A stretch of DNA of 64,000 nt. Source: Balanoglossus misakiensis (Eukaryota; Animalia; Hemichordata). The position numbers and the translations under genes were made by a program. Under the pieces are notes generated by a model. That model ran no database searches and was not told the origin of the DNA. It worked only from the letters and a program-made list of their open reading frames with translations. How positions within the stretch are numbered: the stretch's first letter is position 1; each line of letters begins with the position of its first letter. Below are positions 38,633 through 53,100 of this stretch, piece by piece. The stretch is from positions 3,147,943-3,211,942 of the forward strand of contig CM082595.2 in the NCBI GenBank assembly GCA_040954595.2, in the 5' to 3' direction.

Positions 38633-41147
38633 TTTCTTTGTCAGTCTTTTGGTATCTGAGTTTGTGTATATTAAACTTGAAAGGAGTTTAAAGGAAGTAT
38701 ATAAGATGTGTAATGCATGATGATATTTAGAGTGTGAGCATTGTGCCATCAGGCGCTACATATGGGGCAGGGAAGACTCACTCTTTTTGAAACATTTTAC
38801 AATATGACTTCTTCATTATACACATGTAAAAAAACTTTATTGTTGGACTCTGTTTTCAAACATTCACATCAAAATCAGGATTCTGTTTTTAAGTATTTTA
38901 CAGCTGTTTATTGTAAATGAAAAATAAACACAAGAATCAAAAGTACAAATGTATATTACACAAGGACATCTCTGAAACGTACACATTGATATATTTCAAT
39001 TCTAGTTGAAAATAATAGCTGCATTTGAAATATTTTGATTTATAGAAAGTGCATGTATTGTTGTAATAGATACATATTCGGATCTTAACTTGAATAAACC
39101 CTTACGTTCAACCCTCAAAATTAAACCTGTTTATAGACTAATTATTTGCAGCTAAAACAAAACCCTGTTACATGATTTTATTTCCCAATACACACCAGGT
39201 TGTATCCTGCACACCCTCACTGGGAAAATAGGATGGCCAATGGCAAAGTCTAATCATGTTGGGTGCCATATTGCTCAATATCATAATTGAAATTTTGATC
39301 AACATTTACTCTTGTATGTATCCTACAAATGATTTCTACGAGACATTTACAAAACTTAAATCTGTTGTGATTTTTTTTACAAAGCTCTGAAAAAACTGGT
39401 ACTCTTGCAAAATACGACAAAACTGGTTCTTATACTTCATTATGAAGAAAAAATTATTTTATACAGTATCTACAATTTTTAACTCAAATATTCTCTTACT
39501 GCTATTAGCATTAAAGATTTTAAATTTTGTCTAAATTTTTTCACTGGCTTTAAGAAGGATCAAGGAATACCATAGACTCTATGGAAATATGCTAAAACAA
39601 AAATAACAGCTTTTATGATAACTTGAAGATGGTTAAGAAAACCTCACAGCATCGTTTTTATGCAATAGCTCCCCTCTTCAAAGAATGGTCTAAACTCACA
39701 TACACAATCCCGAGTTTTCCCACATGTATCGACGGGACATTCCATTTCTCAAGAGAGGGAACGCAGAGGGCAATGTGGTGGTGGGGGTTGTACTATCCAT
39801 TACTGGTTCATTCCAGACACTTGGAAAAGCCAGCTACTGGTCCAGCAATAGTACTCACTCCCCCATCTCAGACACTTATCTCTGTGTTCCCTCTCAGAAA
39901 TTATACTTACCAACCTGAAGTTAGTTATCAACTAATATTTCATTTGTATTGCTTAAGGCTTTCAGGTTGTCTTATTGTTTACAGTATTCAGTAAAATTGC
40001 TTGCTAAGAAAATGTGGATTTTGAAAACAAATAGTTGAAGTAATTTTTTGGCCTGGAAATTCTAATGTGTAAAAGTTTACTAGGAATATTTACATTCAAA
40101 CTTTTAACATCAGAAAGAGAGAGATCTATATGACACTTCAGATATGATCAAGGGCAGGGTTTTAATAAAAAAACATAAACCCTAAAATATATACAAGTAT
40201 CCAATATAAATTTCTCTCTTAGTACTGCACAGCCAAAGGGATGTCTGACCTATCAACAGCGATGAAATCACCTCTTTGTAAAGGAAATGGCAGAAACCAT
40301 TCAAAGTACAGGGGTGTTTACGAGAGACTGTTGTGAGTCTGTTCAACAGTTGACGTTGTGTGCCATTCAATTCTACCAGGCTACAATACAAAGAATAGAT
40401 TAAACATTAGGATTTTGATAAATCATGATCTTTTTTTCACACAATGTACAATATTGTACAAAAAATCTTAAAAGCGTACAATTCATTTCTCATCACAGTG
40501 TCATTTAGTTTAGAAAGTTTTCCTTAATACACAAGTGCTATAGTGAGAATTTTTTCATAAGCATATGCGAAACATAAATATATACATACATATATATATT
40601 TATTCAGTACTTACAGAACAGAATACAAAGAAAAATATACGCAGCAAAGGGAATAGACAACTCAATGCTAAGAAAAAAAATGTACAGTCCATAAAGCAAG
40701 CAGAATTACAAGCACAGAAAGTATCATTTCATTCAAAAAATTTCGAGCATCAAAAATTTCAAATATGCTTAAAATATACCTTTTTTGTCAAAACTTGATT
40801 CTGACTTTCTTGGAATGATTTTGTTTGTCAAGTATATTACAAAACTTCATCTTACAAAGGTGCAAATATATTTATTTGCTTTCTCAAGTCCAGCTCTAGA
40901 AGGAACTGTTTCTGACTATGTCAGAACATGACAGCACTAGTCATGCATTTGAAAAGATACATCCCTGAAGCAGTTAGCGGTGGATCACCCCTCGATACGT
41001 TGCCAAGTGGTCTATTCCACCACATAAAGGTATATCACTGGAGCGACACACTGTGAACATCAGGGGTGACAGCTTAGCAGTAGAAGGTAGCGTTTGCTCA
41101 TGAGTTAGCGATGAATATTTACAAAAAATGCGAGCAGAGAGCTGAGG

Positions 41148-44100
41148 TTAAAGCTTGTCAGATGAAGATGGTCTTCTTACCGAGGTTATACTGTTTTCAA
41201 GATTGATAAGTCGTGCTGTCGTGTCACAAAGCTGCTGATCTTTGGAAGTGAGTTCCTGAAAGTTGAAGGAGAAAACGGTAAGTTGAAGTACATTCATATT
41301 TCCTGCAAAAATAAATAAACCTCACTGCACGTCTTTATCTAAAGGTAAAACAATACATTGTTCCTGGTGTTAATTTGTAAGTAGGTACCTCGATATTCAT
41401 GTCATTGCCAAATTGCTAATTGCCAAGGTGGGACCATACTGTACTGTACTGTTATGTACTGTACTGTGCTGCACTGTAATGTGATGTACTGTGTATTGTT
41501 GTGTTGTGTTGTGTTGAAAATAGAAAATAGTGATTACCCATAATAACATAATGCTTTTTTAAATGTTGAACTGACAACAGTTACAGAGTACTTACTGTTT
41601 TAAGACTTTCAATTTCGTAGCTTTTCCTTATCATTTTATCCTTTTGTGCGTCTTTCTTCTTTTTGTCTTTCTTGGGTGCCAGTTCATCTTCGTAACATTT
41701 ATGTCTTGGCCAAGTTTTGAGGTTCTTTTCATCCTTCTCCATGTGGTATGTCTGGAATATACAATAAAAGTACATTTGTAACAAATCTCCAGTTAAAATA
41801 TTCACATCTATAATGTAACTAGAGAACATCATTAGTCTAATTCTATGGTGTGCTGAGTCAAACCATAGGTTTGGCAAAGCTGCATGTTACATTGTTCCCA
41901 TTATAGTCAAACCTAATTGTCAGGGCATGTAGGCTACTATAGGCCAACTGCATGGCTATTAGAACCTTTGGTACAAGCACCCAGGATCCAGATTGAAGAT
42001 TATCGCCCAACAAAGTAAAATCTCCATACCTTTTTATTCTTAATGGCGCCATTCAACCTCTTCTCTTGTTCGAGTGTTTCTCGTGTTCTTCGCAGAGTCT
42101 CTCGTAGATATTGGTTTTCCTCTACACGGCTGCGTACATCTGTCTGTAATACATAAGCCATAAGAACCACATGTCAATCATTTCTTAAAATGATATTTGC
42201 TAGCAGAAAGGTCAATGGCAGCCCCTCTAAACTGAATAGAAATTCAGCAACAGGCAGAGAAAAGTACAGTACAAATGTTCAACCACTTACTCAACAAACT
42301 CACTGGTGACTAAAGAAAATTGTCCACACTATACGTAAAGGCATAGGGCTGACTCAGATTATTAAAGCAAAGACCACCCTCTTTCATTGCAGTCTCTTAT
42401 GACAGACGTACCGCAAGATTCTCCACTTGAAAGGCCTTGTCATTCGCCTCATGTTCAGCTTGCCTCAGCCTTGCCAGATCCTTCTCGTAGTCTTGAAGCA
42501 AGGCATCTTTCCTGTCCAGTCTCTGGTGCAACACACGGAGACGACTAACCATCAACTCTATGGACTTCTCCCGCTCCCTGTTCAGACGTTCGCGCTCGTC
42601 GCGTGGTAGATGAGTGACCGACCTAAGTCCATGGATCTCCCCAAGGTCCAATTGGTTGGCAATCGCCTTGGCCAGTTCAAGGTACTGAAGGAAATAAAGA
42701 AAATGATAAAACAGGCTGAAATTTTAATTCCCACATATCATTATATGCTAACAGATAGATGAATTCGACCATGCATGTAAATTAGTCAACCTCAGTAAAA
42801 ATAAATATAAGTACAAGTATTGCATATGATGTATGTTTAAATTTGCATTCAGAAATGCATTTCCTTGATTGCATATTTCATAAGCACACTTCATTGGAGA
42901 AAAAAACTATAATATAAAACAAACTTACAGATTTTTCACTCTCTGCCAGAGCTTCTTGAGTTTCAATGCGTGCGCTCCTTTCAATGGCAGAATCAGACAC
43001 CGAGGGTGGTATCTGCCCACGAGCTTCGGCGACCTTCTGCTCCAACAGGGCGTCCTGCAGATTAATGCTGCCGTCTGTGAGAGATGCTTGTTGGGCACGC
43101 ATCTCGGCCAGCTCTTTCTTCAGAAGAACAACCTGCTGCAAGGCTTGGTCGTGATTTGGAACTGGAAATGATGAGGGAATTGAATTAGAGTATTACACAT
43201 CAATTAAAGCTCCATTAGCTGTAACTTCAGTATTTTTGTCTTGTGTATCTATAGCAGTTTCTTGTTCAAATTCCTGAAACATGATAAAATGCCTAGCATT
43301 TGGCCTATCAACACGACATTTTATATGTATAAACAGCATTGTTATTGTTATTTCCAAGGTGATGCATGAAACTGACAACTACTGACGGTTCATCATGTAT
43401 TAAGTGTGCATCACTTGGCCGGTCTAAAGGGGGTGGAAGGCGGTAGTACTCACTTGGTGGTCTCGACTGCTCCAAACCCTTGATTCTGGATCGGAGCTCA
43501 GCAAGAGCTTCTCTCTGTCGGCTAATGACTTGTTCGTGTCTCTCTCCGCGACACTGTGCACCAACTGATGCCATTTCACCTGCAATGAGACCCTGTAAAC
43601 ACAAAAACAGTTCAGGGTAAATTTGGTGTTGTCTTTCCTGATTTCAATTACCTAACTCTCATGTTTGTTGTACACAACAGCACAGTTCAGTTGTGACGCG
43701 CTTAGACTCTCTCACAGCCCCTCTTGCCACCTATGCAGGCTTATGGTCTGATTGCATGTGTGTCCGGTGAGAGAGGTTGGCCACACAACACCACACGGTG
43801 CTTCTCCTTTGCTGAATGGTCGAGGTCGCGTCAGTGTACAACATGTATAGAGCATTAGGGCTGTGAGAGAGTCTATGTCACTCTACAAATACCCAAAGTT
43901 GAAAATAATCCATTGTACTCACTTCCTGTTCCTTGGCAGCTGACGATTGTCGTTGCACTTCCTCCTCTGACAGCAATCTACTCTGTAATTGCACGATTTC
44001 CTCCGATTTGGCCGCCAGTTCTGATTTCAACTTCTCCACGACCAGGCTCTCAGCCCTGGAAAAGAGGAACAAAAAATAATCAATTACTGACTAGAAAACA

Positions 44101-47100
44101 GGGAATGAAAACAATCAAAATGGAATCAAGATATCTAAATTGCACAGATTGACGAACGCTGGGAATAGTTATGGCAAATTTGTTTTGAACCAAAGAACCA
44201 AAAGTCTGCAATCTACTTTTACGACAAGTCACACTCTGAGGCCATAAAACCTGTCTGGTGTATCAGACCCTTGAATAAAGCTATAAACAAATACAGACAG
44301 CCACTGGATACCTGCCAGACGTTGAATCCTTACCTGAGCTCGTCCTGATACTTCTTGACCTCTGCCGACTGTTTGTCGACCAACTCAGAGAGTTTCGCCA
44401 TCTGCTGGCGTTGAGTTGTGAGTTCCGACTCCATATCTTTGATGAGCGTGCGGTTGCCCTCGATCTCTTGTTTCTGGTGCTCGCTCAGTTCCCCTGCGAC
44501 AACAAGAAACACACGGTGTCAGATCTCAGTCGATAAAATCAATATGGAAATCAAGCGAGCGAACAAGAGCTCCACAATGAACAATGAAGACAACATAATG
44601 CCTGCTTAGTGACAAGAAAGCCACCCTAAACATCCTTGTACTGTTGAATAGTCCCATTGTACCACATTGTTTGTGAGGCCCTGAAACTCCAAAGAAGGGG
44701 TGTGCAGTGCTAGTGTTATGAAGTATGCGCAAATCAGAACTTGTATACTGGTAATCTCATTACAGGAACTTGAGACTGAGTCTCTCAATAGTCTAGTATT
44801 TCACTTGATGTATACTTCTTTCTGCCACCAGAGTTAAAACAAACACATTTCATTCTCAATTTCCACTAACCCATCCCTGATTCAGTCATCCGAGGACTCT
44901 CAAACAATGACAAACAATGGGGTATGTTGTCACCCCTATTGCATGTTACATAGACTCTCCCGACAATGTAACCTCTACCACTTTATAGAAAGAACAGGTA
45001 CCTGTCATATCTGAAAGTCTGGCCGAGGCACCGGCTAAGTCTCGCCGCAATCCTAAGATGACATCTTGTTGGTCTTGGATTTCTTTCTTATAATCTGCAG
45101 TCTCTCGCCTGTAAGATACAGAAATGATGGTTTGAGAATGTGAACTTTGAATGTGTGGCATGTAAATTTGCTGCTAAAATAGATCTCTCATTTCTACAAC
45201 TTTTGGTTGACTCCATACTGGTGATATCACAATATACACAACAGCTATGTAATCATACCAAGACAAATACTGTTACATAGATACATAGATACATATTCAC
45301 AAATACAATAACAAATACACACGTGTAAAGACAGTACAGATATATCTAACTTACCTGAGTACTTGTACCAGCTGCTCCAAAGCCTGTACATCAGGGCCTG
45401 CCTGTACAACCACTGGTTTGGGAGCAATCACTGGTTTGGGCGGCAGCGCCGGCTTGGACCTTAATCTCTCGATCTCCTCCAGAAATTCCTTCTTCTGATC
45501 CTCCATCTCCTTCTGATGCTGCGTCACCTTCAATAACCTCTCCTCCATTGCCACTATGGTAACAGCGTGCTGCCGGACCTGTTCCTTGTAGGAGGCGATT
45601 TCTGTGTAGTGGGAGTGTTTCTCCTGCTCGTGTTGGTCGCGTAATTCTTTCATCTCGTCTTTGAACTTGATCTCTTCGTTCAGCAGCTCCTCTTTCAGTT
45701 TGGATTCTCGTTGTCGCATTTCTTCCATCTGAGCTTCGATATCCTGGACAACCTTCATGTGTTCGTGGTCTTGCACGCCTCGCTCAGAGATTGCCTGGAA
45801 TGAATAGAGTCCCCAATAGATTATTTTCTTCTCATCACGAGATCTCCACAAGACTTGGTTAATTACCATAGCAATGGGTTACTAGCCAAGTAATACAAGT
45901 CAAACTTTGCATGAAACTAGACTAGGTGCAGAGTTAAACAAAACTTGTAACTTTTGTGCTGTTTAACAAGATGGACAATCTGTTACCACTCCTTTGACCA
46001 TACCAAGCCTTGGCGATACAGATAAAAACTTTAAAACCAGCCCAACCACATTTTGAAATTGTTGAATGGTTTTTACCTCTCTCATTTCATCGATAGTTTT
46101 CAGTAAATCATCACGCTTGCCCTTCTCTGCCTGTACAGCCTCCTCTCGTTTCTGAATCTCCGCCTGGCGCACCTCTTCGATAACTTGGTGCAGTTTTTGA
46201 TCAGCTACATCAGAAAAAACATAAAGAGAAACATTAATGAAACAACACACACTAATAAAACATGCAGGAATTATTGTATTTTCACTCGTGCATGCGAGAT
46301 TCGCGATGGGTTTATTTGTATATCTCACTCACATTCAGCCTTGGCCTTCTCGACGGCGTCGATAATCTGCATCTCGTATTCCCGTTTGACGTCGCTGATC
46401 CTGCTGTTCATTTCAGATCGCACTTCCTGTTCGATGGTGGTCAGTTTCAGTTTGATGTCCTCTTTCTCCTTGGCTTCGCTCTCAAGTCTGACGTGTAAGT
46501 TTTCTATGTATTTGGCTGGAGCTGTCAATCAAACATATCAATCAATCAGAACAGCCATCATATGAGCCAATACCTTAATACATGTCTTCCCATCAGATCC
46601 TTGTAACCCAACTGTTCATTGGATTGGATTGGATTTACCTTGACCAGAAGATTTGACACTAAATCCACACTGCTCCAAGGAGTCCTCGATTTCCTGTTGC
46701 CACGACAACTCTTGATTCAAGATAGTATGGAGCCCATCTTTGATCCATTGCTGGGACTCATCCACTGTCAGTGACTGCAGCATCTTCAGTTCTTGTTTAA
46801 TGCTTCCTCCGTTGTGGCCTCCATTCAGGCGATTCTAAAACCAATCAAAGGAAAAAAAGTTTTATTCAGAAAGGTTTAGATCATTTTTCTATTCCTGGCA
46901 GATTTCAAGAAAAACGAACAAAGTACATGTACGTCAGATTATGAACAATCCAAAATTAGCTGTACAAACCAAAGTGTGTTTTCACTCAATTATGAGTATC
47001 AAAGTATCAAACAATATTTTAACCCTTTCACTCCTAATTTTCTATACATTGGTTTTCTCATCAGTGAAAACAAAAGGGTCGAACCATAATTAGTTAATGA

Positions 47101-50100
47101 AAGGGGTGAGTAGCATCACAGACTACATACCTTGGCTGCATCCAGATATTGTTTCAGAGCTTTGGCACTCTTGTTGGAATCCTTCTTGGATGTCTCCTGG
47201 ATCTTGATGGTGTCCTTCAGCTCTCTCACTCTGTTCCGGGCATCCGATCGGTCGTCGATCAGCAGCTTGATGGTGTCGATGAGTTCGTCGTCGCTGACGT
47301 CTTCCAGAACGTCCGGAGCTTTGATTCCGGGGGCGCAGAACGTCTGCTGAACAACTCGATTGCGGAATCTGTCCAACTGTAATGGGAAGCACAATATAAT
47401 TAATTATCACATTTTATCATGACCCTATGGGGCCTAACTTATCTGCATAAAGGCCACCTTGGTACATACAAATTTGCTAAAGACACCCTAGCAAACCAAT
47501 GAGAAATCATAGGATCATTCTATAAGCACTGCATGTTTGTATTTACTTACTCTTTTCTTTGCTTGTTCCAAGTCCACTTTGACTAATCTCTCTGCTCTCT
47601 GGACATCAAGGAACTGAGACTTGGCATGTTCCACTTCTGCTCGAATTTTATCTTCAAGCTGTCAATCAAGAGTGTCAGATGAAGTATAACTTATGAGGAA
47701 AGACCACCTATGTGACTTGCATTTTTTTTATTTGAGACCACCTAGGCCCACTTTTTTTTCTGTTTGAATTGGCCCGTTTTGCAATTAAAGTATCAGGAAA
47801 CTCACCTCTTTTTCTTCTGTTAACTTCAGTTTGAGACTTTCAATCTCATCTTTGTAGGTTACCATGGTCTCCAGCTGCTCTGCAATTTTGTTTTCTGCAC
47901 CTTTCAGTTTCTGGATTAAAAAGGCAAAAGTGCAAATTATTACATATCTGGGTCGTGTTACGCTCATACAATAGTACACATGTCTATGATTCTCTGACAT
48001 ATAAGATTGATGAGAGGGCAAACTTACATGTTTCAAACTGATGAGGTCTTTCTCCCTCGACTGCAATTCTTCTTCGTGTCTCTTGTTTTCCTTCATACGT
48101 GAAAACTACAACAAAACAAGCATATCATAAACATTGCCCAGTCAGTAAACAATCTTCCACAATTACACTAAGTTCAGAGCCTACATGCTGGTGATAAAAC
48201 AACACAGAGGATTCTCATCAAAGTAGAAATAAAAAAAGAAATTAAAACGGAAGAGAGACATACGCAAGGTGCACGCAAGTTGCAAAATTCATAACAGCAA
48301 ACTTTCAAGTCACATGGCAAAGTGGAGATGTCGCACGACATTCCAGCATAACTGTCACATGGTATCTGTCAGTAGTCACCTGACACGCAACTCTGGTCAT
48401 GTGACTAATGTCAGATATCACGTGACAATCCTGAATGCACATCCATGCAAACTTAAAATACTGCGAGTTACTCTTGCATGTCAAAAAACATCTACCAGAT
48501 TTTAAAAAAAAGTGAAAAATAAAAATACAATTTTGCCCCAAAACCTTCAAAACTTAGCATTATCACCAGCATGCAAGATAGATAAGGTTTGTTTGTTTGT
48601 GCACTTGACTTGACTTTAGGGTGAGAGTTCTCGACTGAACTGATTGTACAACAAACCTTGATCTCAACTTCCAAAGATGTGATCTGGGCAGAAACAAAGA
48701 CATTCAATCAATGTGAGTTCAAACACTGCACAGGTACACAGACAAGGTGCAAATTACTTTTAACACAGTTTCCTCATGCATTATTATCATTTACCAAAAC
48801 AGGTGCTCACCGTTATATGTTAGTAGACATTGATCAGTGCAGTGCAGGTACATACATGCAGAAAATAATCAAAACAACTGTTATAAAAAATACTAGAAAT
48901 ATGTGTACTTTGTAGTAATAAATTTTGTGCCAACTATTCATTGTCTATTTTGTTTTAAAATAGTTAAATTTGGTCTTACGATATTTTACAAATTTAGATT
49001 GTACTGTCATTTTCTTACTATCATTTGCGTAAAGATTACCAGTATTTACATACCAGTACTTTGGATAAATGAATTAATCCATCCTTCCTTCAAACTTGGA
49101 AACTTCCAAACACTCTACAAAGTTGTTTTTGCATGGAAATGATTTTACAGCGGCTTTTGTAAGTGGCAATGTTAGTTATTTATGTTGGTGACTGTGACAC
49201 AATAAAGACGCATGCAGACACACACACGCAAGTTACTAAGATAAGTGTTAAAACCAATACAGAATAGTGAACAAAACGCAACGCATGCTATTGACATTCA
49301 AATCAGTTTTGGTATCACTACCATTAGACGCAAGATGGAAGATGGTAATGGTGAATTTGATGAGAAGAGCAATGTGACAAGTTATTATAACGATCCACTT
49401 TTGTTGCTTTGATACCTCTACTAACACTTTTGTTTATTTCAAATTAATTGCTCCATTCTGAGAAGTATGGCGCACACAATGTCAATGATGAGTCGTATTG
49501 ATGAAGCAGAAAGCACATGGCTTGGGTCAGAGGTTAGGGGTTAAAGGGTACATGCACGATTGTGATGGAAAAGCCAGAACAGGTTTGATTTTTTCTTCTG
49601 CAAAAAGTTCAAACCAATACAACTGACTTCTGCAGAACAGGAACCAACTGGGTTAATGGGGTCTGGGAGGTCAGAAAATTGGTTATAGTTTGGGACAACA
49701 TTTGTCAGGGTAGTAAAGGATAACATAGGAAATCTTGTGCAGCTTGTCTCGACACTGAATTGACACATCCAAACCATCCCTTGATTGCTGTAAAATGGAA
49801 TAACTCTGTGCAGACCAACAGCGGGGTGATTCTAAGTTACAATGATCATGGGGGTGGTCAGGATGGCAGAACACACATTGAGAGGGGTAAATGTTTGCCC
49901 CTAATGGTAGATATCCCAAGACTTATTAAACAGTGCAGTAGTGTGTATTGGTCTTAACCGGTTACCTTAGCTGTCATCGCAGACATAGACACATCTTTCT
50001 CTCTGATTTCTCTCTTCAGTTTGTCAATCTCTCCTTTCAGACGATTGATCGAGGAATCCTTGTTGGACACATCCCTCTGTAGCGTGTTCACCAGACTCTG

Positions 50101-53100
50101 GCTTGTGGTCTTCTCGCGTGTCTTCCTCTCCACTTCTTGTTTGAGGGTTGTCAGTTCGCGCTCGCGCTCTAAGAGCACGCTACGGAGGATTGCTGGGTTC
50201 TCGTTGGGGTCTTGACTATCAAGTCGCATCTTACCCATCTGGGAATGAGGGGGGACAAAGAGACATTATCAGTGACGTAAAAAATCACACACAAAACCTT
50301 AATGTCATCTCCTCTTCAAATGAACATACAAGACTGATTTCTTCTTTGAACTAGTGATGTCCGAAAGCTACTGATTGGCTGGCTTGTGCTATAAACAACC
50401 AATGACATTCATTTAGTGCTCAAAACAACCAAATTAATTATGTAAAAAACTCAACACCAGGTGCTGAACCCTTAACATGCAAATTTTACCTGCTCTCTTA
50501 GTGCATGGATTTCCAACTTCTTCGAAGCAATCTCACTCTCCAGCAGAGCCAGTTTTTGTTTCAGATCAACGCTCTCTTGACTCCCCTTGCGATCCACCTG
50601 CCCCAGTTCTTGCTGCAGTTCCTGGATCTCGTCACGCAGGGCTGTGATCACTGTGTCTTTGCGGTTGGACTCAGCCTCGAAGACTGCCAATCGGCTGATC
50701 TCATCTCCCATACGCTGAAGACGCTGTTCCTGTAAACAGAATTAAAAAAGAAATATGCTCTTAAATCTTTCATATATTATTTGAACACAGTCAATCAAGT
50801 GCAGTCTTTCACTTGAGATCTTCTGTTGCCATGCACTCACACACACACACAAGCTGCCAGTGGTTGCTAGGGGCTAGATGTGGTAGCTTTAGTGTCTGAT
50901 GTTAGTACGCAAGTACACCCAGATAGGCAGACAAACACACACAACTGTGATTGTGGTTATATTTCCATTGTTGAAATATATCACACAGATTGACATGCAA
51001 ATACAATTTCTTTGTATTAATGTTTACTGTACAAGTTTAAGTACCACGTTCAGGCAATAAGTCACCTTTTATGCAGAAGTTCAACTGTCATGATTCTGAG
51101 GTGTGTTTGAACGTATCCTACCACATCACAAAGACCACTGTGTGTATGGCCAAAGAGTGTCTCCTTAGAGGCTTCAAAAATTATGTGTGAAAATTGTGTG
51201 AGTAAAAAGATATCTTTATCGAGCAGAAACAGCTGCAATTATGCTGTTAAAATAAAAACACATGACCCAGGCATGTGTTTTAATGTTTCTACCCTAAGGA
51301 GGAATGTTATCTTCTACTTTTACAGGATTGGTCCACTTTCCTATGTTAAAGTTGGTCCTCTATAAAGGGTAATGGGGTGAGAGGATTAGGACAGAAAGGG
51401 TTTATGTGCAAGTTATATGCCAGGCAGGGAACTGGATAGATGGTATACCTCGAAGGTTGTTTGTGGCTGGGTTGATATCATCTCTGTTCTACGGAAACCT
51501 GCTTTCTGTTTCTCTAGCTCTGAGAACTTCTGAAGTCTCTCGATCTCCACGAGCATTTTGTCGATCGTTTCCTGTTTCTCCGTGATTTCTCGCTGTTGAG
51601 ATTCGCGCTGTGTCGCGTGGTTCTGAATGGTTCTCTTGAAGCGTTCGATTTCGCTTCGGAGTACGACCACCTCCTGGTCTTTCCTCTTGGGATCTTGTCC
51701 CCCTCCCTGGGGTTTCGGTGGCGGGGGCGGTTTAACATGCCAAGCGACCGGCTTGGTTTGTTTCATCTGGTGTAGTAATGACACATGTACTACAGTCAGT
51801 GGAGACTCATGAAAAATTTCATATTCCTAAAGTTTTAAGTTTTAATTTTTGTGATAACACTATATCATGTCGCAAAATCGAGTAGAGTTGGAATCGTTTG
51901 CCCTCTGATATTCCATTAGATTTTACATTCGCCTGAATTTAATGTGAAAATCTCAATCACGTTCGATGTTTAAGTAGCTTAGTCTATGTTATATAAGTTA
52001 AGGCAGATTTTATTGTTTGCCAGTTTTACAGAAATGCCGATGCATAAAAATGAAAATTTTCATAACCTGCTGTTTTAGCGCTTCAATTTCACCCTGCTTC
52101 ATGGTCATTTCGTTTTCCAACGTGCTCAGTTGCTGTTCCACCATATCTCGCATTCGTTGCCGGTCCCTCTGCTCTTGGATGAGTCTCTGCACATCATCCT
52201 GACTGGGTCCGCTAACCGAAGTCGCATGTCTCCCTTGTCCGAACAGAGGTTCCTCAAGGACGAATTCGTTGCTTTTTGTGTGGTATTGACGGTCCTACAA
52301 AGACGTACGCCATGAATTCTGTCAATTATTCTGACGTTTGCGGATGGATACATGCATGTACGTCAGGGAGACAAGGCTTCACTTGAGACTCTTCACGCCA
52401 GTGAATGTCTAAAGTAGTCCTCGTTCTTAACGCTTCTTCCTGGCTTACATTGTGTTGCAGCATGGTCATTGCGTTTCATGTGGATGTAGCATGGTTGAAT
52501 TAACCTGTGTACTAGGGACATATGACTACAGGTGTTCATATTGGAAGTGTCCTGATTACACAGGTTAAATTTCTGTGAAGTGTATTTTCCAGCTGATACA
52601 TTTCCACATCTCACCTTATTGCCTATAGTTAACTTTGCATGTCAATCTATGTTAGTACATTGTACTTATTTGTGGTTCTCTACTGAAACGGAAATCATTG
52701 CAGATTTCTGATGGTTGCCTTTGTTTTAGTACAATACAAAAACCCACAATCAAAGTGGTGACATCAGTCATTCCCAGCATGCAATTCAGTCCACATGCTC
52801 ACAAACGACGACTAACCTGGTGTAGACTGGTGTTCGGACCAATCAGAAACTACAGGTTTGAGAAGTTACAGGTGTGACTGTTCAGCTGGGCTTACATGGT
52901 TGTGGTGGGATGGGGAGGTATGGGGTGGGGGAGTTGTGGGGTGGGGGTGGGGGTGGTGTTTGAGAGACAGCTGTGTTGCATAGGTACATGCATACATGTA
53001 AAATTGTATGGTTAATAATGACGGTGGTGATGGCTGAGTGTGAGTGTGTTGGTTGGGGTGAGCTTGTGTTGTAGCCAGTGGTGGCTGGGTTAAAGGTGGT

